A stretch of 19,132 bases of DNA from Vitrella brassicaformis CCMP3155 (taxonomy: Eukaryota; Protista; Chromerida): assembly GCA_001179505.1 (NCBI GenBank), contig CDMY01000800.1, positions 1 to 19,132 on the forward strand, written 5' to 3'. The notes below the pieces were generated by a model. The model made no database searches, was not told where the DNA came from, and worked only from the letters and a program-made list of their open reading frames with translations. Positions 1 to 10,840 of this stretch are shown in pieces. The translations under genes and the position numbers were made by a program. Positions within the stretch are counted from its first letter, which is position 1, and each line of letters begins with the position of its first letter.

Positions 1-27
<27 letters not shown>
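1..27. repeat. Poly-G homopolymer (27 G); possibly an assembly or sequencing artefact
   Basis: Positions 1-27 are all G, and the run is cut by the window edge. Confidence 0.9.
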
Positions 28-31
<4 letters not shown>

Positions 32-119
32 CTTGAGGCCCTTCTAATGTGCATGAAGTCGCTGTAGCGGCTCTTGCAGGCAGCTCCAGCTGATAAAATC
101 TTATCATTTCCCCTGTTCT

Positions 120-2345
120 ATGACTCTTCTGCTTTCGCTGGTTGGGGCGCCCCTTTTCCTTGTTTTTAAACCGTCATTTGCGTCCCTTCTTCGAGCCCAG
201 TGGCCAGCCAGTGCACTATCTCTTCTGGATGTCTCCCGTTCTTTCGTCCCCTCGCTGGCCGATGCTCTCACGGCCTTCGACTTCGGTGATTTTCCAAATC
301 ATCCTCGCAATCCACTCGCACCAAAACGTTTGTGTGTCGCACCAAAACGTGAGCCTGGAAAACTCATTTCGTGCAGAAATGCGAGAGTCATCGACGTGTT
401 GTCAACTTATATTTTGTCTGCGCCTCCATGCCCAGACCAATGCCACGTGTGAGGCTCCGGTGAAGTACACTGAGATATTGGATGGCGATTGTGTAGCAAA
501 CGACAAGCTCTGGGGCCTCCTGTCGGGCACGCCTAGAGCGACCGCGAAAAATGGTTGACATGATCTACATGGGATATGAACTGGGTGAGACATTGCTGTC
601 TCTAATCAGACACGCTATACACGTCATACCTTGCTGTCTCTCAGATCCTGTGGAGGTGCGCTTCCACGAGCTACGCCATGCAGTTGACTGGTTCGTTGTG
701 GGAGAAAGTCGGCTGGCCGACTCATCAGGGGGTCCGAAGCCTCTTTTGATGGCCAGCACTCCAAGACCCTGAGTGGTAGGTACCGGTAGACGCGCGAGCC
801 ACATCCGTGAGTTGGTTTCGTGTGCATACAGCCGTGAGTCAGGTTTGGCGATTTGCGGGATCGAATCGTGCTTATACAGCTTCCAGAATCAGAGGCGCGT
901 AGCAACTATGAGAGCGGCGGAACTTGCCAAAAAGACAGTGACTGCTATGGACCCCAAATGTGGGCTCGCAGTGAGCTCATGAAGAGGTTCTTGCAGCTCA
1001 ACAAGAAGGCGAAGTACGTGACTCAAGCCAAAGATCTGCTCCTTATGAGCGACCCGGATGAGATACCTGCCGGGGATGTGATGAAGCTGGTGAAGCACTG
1101 TGAGCTTGCCAAACCCCTCCCTGAGGCTGCAACCGTCCTTATCAGCTAGGCCGGCAACTCTAACCTAGTCTCACCGGTATGATGGATCTAGACATCCCAC
1201 AATCACCACATGCCACAGCCCCACGAGGCAATCTCGTGGTAAGTGCAGCACCAGGAGCAAAAAAACCTGGGTCTATCGGAGTAGCTATGAATCCGTGGAC
1301 AAACATCTACGTGGGTGATTTTGTGTGTTCTTCCAAATGCAGCTGGCACATAACAGACTACAACTTCATCCCCTTCCTGTTCGTTGAATGTGAAAAACGT
1401 TAAGGACAACTATTCTGTGGTTCTTTTGCATTGTCACCCATATCAGATGCCACATATGCGCACAGCCACGGCCACATACTCCCAGCTGATTACTGCCTCG
1501 GCGACGCTTTGCTCGGCGACCCGCTTTGCAAGCTGCCGTCCGAGTTTCAGGCTGAGCTTAATGCACCACTTGCCAGTGAGCAGGAAGTGGATCACAGGAT
1601 TCATCATATACAACGGCTCCTCTGTTCAGACACTACTATTCCAGAACTAGAGCCTCTTCGTCTTTCCTCTCTGGCTGCACAATTATCATGGAAGCCTCCC
1701 AAAGCACTTTTAACCGAGATGGCGGCTCGACTGGTGTGGGCGCAGAGGAGGTTGTACACAGAAGGAACTAGGAGGGAATTTGTGTACCTCCGAAAATACA
1801 AGCCTATACATAAGGTGAGCGATACGGGCACGGGGCGTGGCATAGCGATGAAGGCATGTACTGCCAGCTTGGCAAGAAATATGACGACTTGAAATTAAGA
1901 GAGTTGCCATGGTTCATCAAGTGCAACCCTCACAGGTAAGGAGACTGTTCGTCAAGTAGGGCGTCTCATTTTTTCCATGTTTCGCATCTGTCGCAGGTTC
2001 CCTGTATTGTTCGGACATGCCGACCCTCGATACTTCCAGGAAAACAGGGGACAAATATTCGCAAAAGGGTGATCCGTCAGAGCGAAAGGCCTGAAAGAAT
2101 GGTCGTCGATGACCAGATGGAAGTCCATTGAGGGGTAGCGTCTTCTTCGTCAAGTCATGGTGCCGTGCTGCGGTTGGGCAGGAAGAACTCCAGAGATAGC
2201 TAGGGCCCTCTTATGGAGGGTGTACAGACATTGCCTTAGAGATGAGGAAATACTTGATGCAGCTGCAAACCTTTCAGTGAAGCCCGCCAAGCTAAAGCGA
2301 TCCTTCATGTCAGACATAAAGGCATACTTCATCAGGTTGTTCTAA
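120..2345 (+). pseudogene. Glycosyltransferase family 17 (MGAT3/GnT-III-like beta-1,4-GlcNAc transferase), frameshifted, introns retained
   Basis: GT17 motifs occur in order but in different frames: hydrophobic N-terminus (120-), MVDMIYMGYEL|DPVEVRFHELRHAVDWFVVGES...KPLL (551-750; GT-AG intron 585-644), RFGDLRDRIV (841-), LLLMSDPDEIP with DxD (about 1037-1069), split PNA/g/WH (about 1333-1350), and LPWFIKCNPHR|FPVLFG (introns 1815-1867 and 1936-1996). Disablements: frameshift at the A5 run 547-551, stops at 770-772 and 1147-1149, and further frameshifts. The 3' end (stop at 2070-2072 or 2343-2345) is uncertain. Confidence 0.7.
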
Positions 2346-2413
2346 AACATTGGCTCTTCAGACCAGTCAGATTGATCATGTACACTTCTCGGATTCTTTG
2401 CGACGTGCGCGGT

Positions 2414-2710
2414 AGAGAAGGGGTGAATGGGTAGATTTGATGACGACTGATGTTGCCTTTGTGTAAGAATTCACATTCATGATATTGGGCGTGTTCGGTA
2501 TTTGCAAAGAGACAGCCAGCAGATCACTCAGATGAAAGAGAGTCCATCGGGAGGGACTGACTGGCTGTGATTGAGCGAGGGAAGGGGGAGGGAGCGAGTC
2601 AGTCAGTAAAGTTGCGACCCACGAGCCAGCCTTGGTTTGCTCGTACAGACGGCAGAGAAGGGGTGAATGAGCGACTGATATTGCTTTTGTGCGATATTGC
2701 TTTTGTGCGA
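2414..2710. repeat. Dispersed direct repeat plus a 16-nt tandem duplication
   Basis: AGAGAAGGGGTGAATG at 2414-2429 and 2654-2669, each followed by CGACTGAT(G/A)TTGC(C/T)TTTGTG (2444-2463, 2672-2691). GATATTGCTTTTGTGC is tandem at 2677-2692 and 2693-2708. Confidence 0.85.
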
Positions 2711-3296
2711 GGATAGCGAGTGTCCGTATTATCCTTTCGGCACACGAGACAGCGGGTCACTGCGCATACCCAAAGAGATTTGTGTTTCATCAAGTCCATC
2801 TTGCTTCCACGCACTTCTACTCGCAGTCTACGATGTATCACCACCACCGATGATGGTTCTTGTTGCGCCTCCTCTGCGTTCGACTGAGAGCGTAGACAAC
2901 CTAGAGTCCATCGACCCTGAGGCACCAAGAGGGGGACAAGAGCGTCTGCAGGACCGCGAGTACGGCTCCTTCCTCTGTCTTCCTCCGTTGTAAGCATGGC
3001 GTCAAGAAGCTTAGTCTTGTGGGTCTTGTGTCTCTACACACGATGAGTGTATCCCCCAACCTATGAACCTCAAACACTGGGTCTGCGTCATATCGAACGC
3101 TGACAGTCTTGTCCTATGTCTCACGTCCGCCCCATCCATTGATAAGTTGACGGAATTCGAGTCATACTCGTGCACGTCACATATAGGGATAAAAGGCAGA
3201 TAAGTCGCCAGCGATTGTCATGTGGGCCCGACACCCTGGCTGCGCTGTAAAGTGTTCCACTTCCTGACAATAACAAGGTACAGCGCAACGAACACT

Positions 3297-6200
3297 TTAC
3301 AGCGCGTAGTGGATACGTGACGCAACGAACCTAGACAGGAACTTGAATACAGCATTGGTCTTCTCTGCCGCATTCGATGCCATGGCGGCATCGCCTGCAG
3401 GCCCCCGCGCAAACGACAAGCAGGGCTGCTGTGTATCGTCGGGATGTGCGTACGTACTTGCTTGTGGCGATTGATTGGCAATTGCCTCGAGCCTTGACTT
3501 CATGTCGGTGAGTTTCTCCAGCAGACGGGTCACCAAGCTACGCTGGTAGGTGAGGCAGCACTCATGTTGAGGGACGTGTAGGGCAGTACCACTGTACCAG
3601 CCCACTGTCTTACGTGTCCGTCTTCCCGCAAATTGATGGATCCGTCCTCAAAGTCACCCGCAATCAAGAGCTCCCTGCCCGTATCACAGCAAAACAGAGA
3701 CCACGAAGTTCACTTATTCATCCGCTGAGTGAAAGGCTGAGTCTGTGTGACTGACCTGCTCCAACTGAGTAATTGAGGGAGCTTCGACAGGGAGGCCTGG
3801 CTGGTGAGCCAGCTGTCTGGCATGTCCCAGACCCACATGTCTGCATTCCATCATAGATGCAAAAAACGACAGTGTCTTCTTCCATCTGGTTGGTGCTCAT
3901 TCACGCGTATGGTCCGTGTGATGTGCTTGCTTACAGTGCAGAAGCCCAACAGTGTGCGACACCGGTGTCTTGTCCGGACTGCACAGAAAGGGAGATTGCT
4001 GCCTCGCTGCATGCAGCTGCCTCTCTGTACTCCCTTACAGGTCGCTGGGGTCGATGTCGGCTGCAAAGGTCGCGAGAATGTCGAATGCCTTGTGCTGCGG
4101 GTCACCAGCCTGCCGCATCCTCATGGCCAAGATCGACATGTTCGAGAACGCCGAGCCGTAGTCGCCACCTCTCATGTACTGTGACGTAAAACACATTGCG
4201 TCTTTTGCCTGCCTCCCTGCCTCGCGTTTTCTGTATGTCGCTCTGCTCACTCACGTCCTGTGAAACGCGGATGTATTTGTCGATTTCTGCTTTGGGCATG
4301 GGCTCTGGCTGTGATGGGTGCCGCTCCACCACCCTCTCGCTGGCCCTAGCCTTGGCGAGTGCTTCCTGGTACGAGGTTACCTGCTGCCTCAGGTGGTCCT
4401 CGTTGGCCCGCAGCTGGGCGATGTCGCGGCCAAGCACCTGAATCAGCTCCTCCAGCTGCCTGTTCTTGGCCTCGATCCTCTGGTACACCTGCGCGAAGCA
4501 GACCAAACTCTGTAACGGAGTGCGTGCACCCATATACATCGCGCATCTTCCCTCACCTTGGTAGTGGTCGTGTTGGCGGCTGTGTATTCCTTTCGCAGTG
4601 TCATGTAGTCGTTTTCGAGCACTTCGTACTTGGCCTTCGCGTCCTTGTACATATCCAGAAGGTGTTGATACTTGTCCCGAGGCACCATGCCCTCGGGCGG
4701 CTGCATGATCTGGTAGGCGTCCTGAAACGCCTTCTTGATGTGATGCTCAAACAGCTCCTGCAGGAACCTCTGCACCGCACACAGATACGTATGAGAGACA
4801 TCGGCGACACCACTGCCGATAGAAGGTCTGACGCACCCGTGTCTCGTTTGCGATGTCCTGTACTTTGTCCCCGTGTTGTGTCTCCAGTACGCCCACGACC
4901 TTCTCCAGCTCCTCACTCATGACACGGTAGAACACCCACTCCATGTTGCCCTCCAGCTCCTGCAAACAGACAAGGCCACAGACGGGGATGTGACGGTGAC
5001 CGCGTCTACCTGTTTGATGGCGGCGGTGTATCTGTCAAGGTCGAAGCCGCCTCCACCAGATGCCCTAGCACCGATCTTGCTTGCCAGCATTTGAAAACTG
5101 CACCACGGCAGACAGGCATCCAAATGCATGAACAGATACACACGCAGCGACATTCATAGGATATGCACGCCTGTATGAGAGGGCTCTTCTCTCACCCTTT
5201 GCGGAAGGTATCGTCACCAAGTAGCTGCTGCACACCGCCACTCTCGAGCTTGTCCTGCAGAAACAGACGGACAAGAGCGGAGAGTTGGGGGGAGACTCAC
5301 AGTGGGATGTGCATGTCGATGTGATTGGGGGTTTGCTGACCATGATGTGTGCCTTGATGCCCTGTGTGACGGACGGTATCTCCCGCTCCATAAGCGACAG
5401 CATGTGGGTCCTCATCTCGCCATCCTTGCCCGCGAACACCTCCATCGCCTGCTTGGCGCGCGATATCTCTGTGGCGGAACCAGGAGAAAGGTCCTTTACT
5501 GAAGATGTCTGCTTTTTGTACTGGTCCCTTACTGACGATGAAGCCATGGAAAGTGTCCGCAATGTCCTCCTTCTGGATCTTCTGGGCGAGAGCGTTGTTG
5601 CGCGAGCGGTGCGAGTCGGCCGCCCTGTCGATCTCCTCTATTGCGCGGTTGGCCTCGCACTCGAGCTCTCGCTGCAAGAAGGGAACCAGGCCATCCTGTA
5701 ACTTGCCCAGCTGACCGATCCATACACACGATGCACACAGGCAACCAGCGAATAGAGAATCATTCATATTCATTTGCCGTCGCCTTCTCTTCTGTTCTCA
5801 AGAAGACACTCTCACCCTCTGTATGGTCTTGGCAGCGAACTTCTTGATGAGCGAGTTGAGCTTGAACTTGAGCCACTCTGCCGTTCCTTCCATCGGCTCC
5901 TCATCAGTCTTCAGAGCACCACTCGCCGCACCAACGCCATCACTTGTCGGCACCGCCGCTGCGGCGACCTTCCCACCTCCACCTCCGCCCTCCTGCAGTT
6001 GCCGAAGCAGCATCTGGAGTCCACCACCGTCATGGCCAGTGTCTTGTGCTGAAGCTAGTGCAGGTGGCATGGGCATCGGCACCAGACTGTCTGGCATGGG
6101 CATCGGCAGGGGCGGCCCCGCCGCCCCCAGGGGTACCGATGGCATGTCCTGCCCTGGTGCGAGTGGCGAGGGAGACGGGTAGGGGGTGGCGGGCAGCGCC

Positions 6201-8979
6201 ATGGATGAGTCCTCCTTGGGCACTGCAGGGGAGGGGGCGGGGGTCTCGGGGAAGGATGGCTGGAATCCTGGCGGTGGCTGGATGCTGGTAGATGCCTCTT
6301 CTTTCCCCACCGTTCTCTCCACGGCCTCACCTCCCATAGTCTCCTCTGCATCGGGCTCCTCTGCTCTGGGCGATAGTGGTGGCGCCTGCTCGGATGGTGT
6401 GAAGGGCTGCACGTGGGAGGTGGTGTCGGGCAGGCCCGGTGAAGGAGATCGCAACTGAGTCAGCGACTGAGCAGACAGAAAAAGGACAAACGGTGAGTCC
6501 GTGATGCGTCTACATGATGTCCTGCTCACGTCGGCTGACCTGATGGTGTAGGTTGAGTTCTGCCTGTTTCCTGGTAGTCCTGTCGGCTGGTGGCATCCGT
6601 TCGAAGCAGTAGATGATGAGGCTACGCCCTTGCTCCACCTTGACTGAGTCGTGCTCACGTGGCATCCCGCACGCCCAATCCACGCATGAATGAGACATCG
6701 GCAGCTGACCAGCAGGAAAAACAGCATAGCAGATGAGTGTGCCTGTGGGGCTTGTCATGCTCTGTTCGCACCGCCCCACCTGTCTGACGGCCTTTGCGGG
6801 CAGAAGTGGCCTCTGTGCGGTCCACTCCCTGGTTTCGATGAGGACGAACCTCTGCACCAGCCCGCCATCCGCCTCTCTCACCGGCACACCCACCACCACA
6901 AAGGCGCTGCCCGCACCCTCGCCATGCGCCACCCGCACTCGCGCAGGGCCATCCAGCCCTACACCCCCCACGCACATGAGGCGCATCGTCTGGTCTAGAG
7001 TGAGGGGGCGGTGTTGGTCTCTGCTGGTGCGGTAGAACTGCACGCTCATGTTGCTGCCACTGCCGACCACCAGGTACTCTGGCGGGGGCGGTGCGGACCG
7101 GTGGTGGGCCAGGGATATGTCCGTGGGCGTGTGGGGTGTGAGGGTGTTGATGGATGCGATAGTGGGGCTGTCCAGGTCGGAGGAAAGCGCATGGGAAAAC
7201 AGGTCCTCTGTCCGAGGAGCGCCTTTCTCGGGACACTGGTGGGGAAAAGGATGCAAAAACAACCAGGGATGGTAGACATTGGAAAGTGTGGGGCCATCTA
7301 CACCCATCCACACATTTGTCTATGGAGTTTGCCTACCGATACGAGCCAAGCAGCGATGTGGTTGGGTTTGATGGCGGCGAAGAGCACTTGCCCGTCACGC
7401 GAGAAACACAAGTCGGCAACTTCAGGAACACCTGAAGCCGACGAATCCGCAGACAAACACCATCATCGGTCAATTGCTCTGCCTGTTTTCGTGTACAGTG
7501 ACCCACTCGCTGACCTGATGATTCGCTGGAGAGGCCGTCGACAGTCTGGCTGCGGCCACCCGGCGCCTGTAAACGCGTAGCCATTCACACACTCATGGAT
7601 TCACGTATTCTCTGCATCGACTGATTCCCTCCTCCCCTCTGTCACCATGGTGTGTGTGGTCCTGAACAGGTCCTTGAGCCGTATTTTCTTGCAGCACCGC
7701 ACTTTGAGCCCCGATACTGCAGCGGCTGTCAGCACCGCATTGTTGGTGCTGTCGAACTTGCCCGACGTGGCCTCGCGGATCAGGTCGGGGAAGTTCCACA
7801 GCACCATCTGCTCCCGATGCAACACGACCAGTGTGCGCGAGACGCCCTCAGGCGTACGTGGCTCGGGCCACACAACCTACACGTACAAAAGAACGCAGGG
7901 GGCAGGTTGCGCGTGATCGACCCGACGTGCGTCTTACCCGCTTGGCAGGGTCGTCTAGAGCCGGAATGGTGAACGAGTAAGGGTTCTAGGAAGAAAGGCG
8001 AAACCTTCCAGGTGTTGGGAGCCACAAATCCTGCCTGTTTGTCTTCATGTCTCGTGGTGGCTCACCTCTTTGCTGTCGTCTGCTGTTCCGTCAGTGAATG
8101 CCATGACGTGAAGGTTGCCCTGCTCATCAGCCCCAGCGACCCAATGCAGCGGGGGCAGGCTCTCGGATATCACACCCACATCGGGACTCAAAACCAGCTG
8201 GAAATCAGTAAACTGACACACAGACATACGAACAGAAGCAAATCCCAAACGTGTGTGCTCTCCTCTGTTAAGGTGAGCCTGTCAGTCAGTCAGTCGAGTC
8301 ACCTTGGTATCTGCGCGGAGCTTGATCTTTGAGTAGAAGCTGCCAACTACAGGGACGACGCGAAACATCCCCGCTTGAAACTGATACGCTATCATACTTT
8401 TCAAGTTCAAACAATGACACACGCGCACTACTCAACATAAACCTCGCCGCACCCTATCTGTGCCAGTGAGATATCCCCGGGGTCAACGCTTACGTGTCCC
8501 TAGCGAGTATGATTCGCCCATTGTGTTCAGGGGATGGCTCCACGGGGTCCTTGTACTCACTCAGAGACTCCGAGAACAACACCCTGTTGCAATGCTCACC
8601 TGACACGACGGCGAACCAAGTAACACGCGCACGCACAACAATGGGTGTGGACCTGCGTGTGGTGCGGAGTGTGCAGTCTGTCACCTTGCACATGTGCCAG
8701 TTTCCATATGCTTGTCGAGGCCGACACGGGATGGCACTTCTCACCCGTGTCATCCACAGTCTCCGTCGTCACGCTACCGAACAGCAACAGCACAAGCAAA
8801 ACATGCAACAGTCAATTCCATGTGGCCGATGTACATGCTTTGATTCTCTTTGATTCTCACCTTACGACAGGTGCCGCAGCGTCTCCCTCTGCACCCCTCA
8901 AGTCATTCCCCGAGGTGCCCGACCGACGCACCGCCAGGTCACTCGTCCCTCCATCCTGAGATGACTGCTCATTGCCCAT
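3297..8979 (-). CDS. EDC4: EDC4/Ge-1/VARICOSE-like mRNA decapping scaffold (WD40 propeller, Pro-rich linker, helical C-terminus), about 1250-1275 aa
   Basis: Phase-consistent GT-AG model, exons 8861-8979, 8685-8773, 8494-8599, 8303-8396, 8066-8197, 7938-7985, 7646-7876, 7515-7566, 7337-7431, 6780-7235, 6540-6704, 5816-6454, 5533-5710, 5341-5468, 5196-5254, 5010-5097, 4837-4959, 4557-4769, 4255-4488, 4039-4178, 3935-3978, 3756-3840, 3614-3674, 3297-3542 (possible in-frame intron 3395-3457). Segments GRIILARDTMIAYQFQAGMFRVV, VAGADEQGNLHVM, KRVVWP...TLVVLHREQMVLWNF, DLCFSRDGQVL, EYLVVGSGSN and GGDYGSAFS...IDPSDLPDKTPVSH...LLSWSRELL match, in order, motifs I recall from EDC4/VCS. Confidence 0.72.
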
Positions 8980-9002
8980 TGCGAAGATCTCTGTCTGGTC
9001 GG

Positions 9003-9057
9003 GCGATCTCTTTGGCGCATGGGGGAGATCGCTTAGGGTTTCGATACGCGAAACCCT
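9003..9057. promoter_or_regulatory. Two adjacent perfect hairpins in the divergent intergenic region / EDC4-like 5' leader
   Basis: GCGATCTC (9003-9010) pairs with GAGATCGC (9025-9032). AGGGTTTCG (9035-9043) pairs with CGAAACCCT (9049-9057). Function is inferred only. Confidence 0.45.
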
Positions 9058-9250
9058 TCGTGACGCCCTCTTTTTCCCCTCTCTCCTCCGTGATGGCGGC
9101 TCCCCGGTCTCTCCGTCCTGTCCGAATGCTCCTCATTTATGCTCACGCGAGATGAAACGAGATCACGCGTCTTGGGGGCTCGCCTTGGGGGCGCCTCCGA
9201 GTCAGTCATCTCCGTCCGGGTGGCGCCAACGTTCCCTCCCCCTCCACAAG

Positions 9251-10592
9251 ATGCAGCTCGTCTCCCTTGTGCCCCTCCTGCTATGTGCCGGCATCTCTGC
9301 GGGGAGCCTACCTGAAAGGAATGACACACGTTGACACTCGAGCGCACAGGCGATCAATCGTGTGTCATTTGAATTTTGCAATGCTTGCAGGTCTATGAGG
9401 TCGCTCCATCTTCACCGCTCGCTCAATGGAGGCTTCTGTTGCTACTGTCAGCACTCAGGCGACGACAAGAAGGCCTGGACAGCCGACTTTGATTCTGAAG
9501 TGACTTTTTCTGGCACACACGATGCGTGACCCTTCATGATTGGTGTGACCCAGGTGCCGGTCGAGGACCGCGTGTGCCAACCCGTACCTGCTGCCGCATA
9601 CCCGCCTCCTGACGGCGAGACGTGGACGGATGCCAAGCTCCAGTTTGCCATCGCCAAGCTCGACTGCCACCAGTACTGCATCACCATCAAGCCCTTTGCG
9701 GAGCACCCGGGACATGAATTCTACTACAACCTGATGGTCCTGCTGCTCACCGACGCATCCACACCCCTTCCCATCTTTCCATCTGTCTTTCATGAGCTCA
9801 CCCTTTCCCCCACTGACTGTATCTATCTGTCCGCCCATGTTGCAGGCGCTGTTCGCCAAAGGCTGCGACGAGGTCAAGCGCTGCAAGGGCGTGGAACCAC
9901 AACCTGAGCCGCGCTTCGCCGAGGTCCCATCATTGATCCATACAGCCGGATGAGTCACGCAAGGGACTCCCTTCCGTGTCCGTGTGTCTCTGTCACAGGT
10001 CGTCGAGACCAACCCGCGCAACGATGAGGTATAGCTGCGTTGTGGTCGCAGCAAGGCGTGCATTCTTCCATGTTCCCTGTCCTGGTCGGTTTCTCTCAGG
10101 AGATAGCCGGCCTCGCGGCCAAGAAGGCTGCTGCGGAGGGTGGTGCCGGCCCCGCCCCTCCTGCTGCACCGCAGCCCGCCGGCAAGGTCTCAGAGAAGCC
10201 GGCCGGAGAGACCCCTCCTACTGCACTGGAAACGCCGTAAGTGAGCAGGACACTTTTTTCAAGCCCTCCATTTCCATAAGAGACGGTGTGTATGTGCATT
10301 AAGGGAGGAGACTCTCCCTGAAGCCCCCCAGCCTGCCAGCCGCCAGTCGGAGGGTGAGAGAGCGGTGGAGGAGGGTGCCATAGCCCCCGAGGAAATTCAG
10401 CCACAGGAGCCCCCCATGGAGCCCGTGGAGCCCATGGAGCCCGTGGAGCCCATGACGCCCGTGGAGCCCGAGGACTCCAACTTCTCGATCGATGCCGACC
10501 AGGGGCAGCCCGAGGCTGGCTCCGAGGAGCAGCCCGAGGCGGCTGCCCAGCCTGAGGACTTGGACGAGTCCGAAGACATCGAGGAAGAGTGA
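9251..10592 (+). CDS. Putative secreted protein (about 285 aa): signal peptide, 8-Cys domain, Pro/Ala linker, acidic Pro/Glu tail; function unknown
   Basis: Exons 9251-9318 (MQLVSLVPLLLCAGISAGSLPE; needs a GA donor), 9391-9499, 9554-9736, 9846-9923, 9999-10028, 10100-10236, 10340-10592. All downstream junctions are GT-AG and in phase. If exon 1 is wrong, the start would be the ATG at 9395. Confidence 0.7.
10416..10469 (+). repeat. Coding minisatellite, 3 x 18 nt (MEPVEP MEPVEP MTPVEP)
   Basis: ATGGAGCCCGTGGAGCCC twice, then ATGACGCCCGTGGAGCCC. Confidence 0.9.
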
Positions 10593-10840
10593 ATGAACCA
10601 CACCAAGCAGAGCACAAAAAAGGACTGTCGATTCCGTTTTCGAGGGGTTACTTTTGTTTTCAAAAAGAGAGAAAGAGAGAGAGAGAGAAATGATAGCAGT
10701 GACTGATGGGAACGAGATCTTACGGACACGAATGAAAGATGGATGAAAACCATTAACAAGAGTCCACTGCACAGCACAAGGGTCACACACAAAGACACCT
10801 ATTCCCCACATTATCCCCTTCTCCCCTTCTCCCCATCACG

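Noticed and set aside
1-27. Poly-G as a telomere or functional G-quadruplex
   Set aside because: It is a pure homopolymer cut by the window edge with no telomeric repeat unit, and long G runs are a common sequencing artefact.
2599-2997. ORFs 2599-2997 (-) and 2697-2993 (+)
   Set aside because: No recognisable motifs or splice-linked continuation, and they run through local repeats.
28-3296. Mobile element or viral insert, suggested by lower GC and few microsatellites
   Set aside because: No transposase, reverse transcriptase, integrase or capsid motifs and no TIR/LTR/TSD seen. Most of the region is explained by an intron-containing GT17 copy and a 3' flank.
5823-7580. Many overlapping ORFs on both strands (e.g. 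5823-6182, 6655-7311, 7011-7580)
   Set aside because: They are GC-rich shadow frames of the EDC4-like exons.
7877-8065. Alternative micro-exon chain (AGFVAPNTWK / TTLPSG / LCGPSH) in the EDC4-like gene
   Set aside because: A single 48-nt exon (7938-7985) with a strong polypyrimidine acceptor keeps the phase and restores the EDC4-like KRVVW motif.
8596-8808. Apparent signal-peptide ORF 'MHVLLVLLLFG...'
   Set aside because: It starts at TTG, and the hydrophobic stretch is the pyrimidine-rich 3' end of intron 8774-8860. The remainder is EDC4-like exon 2.
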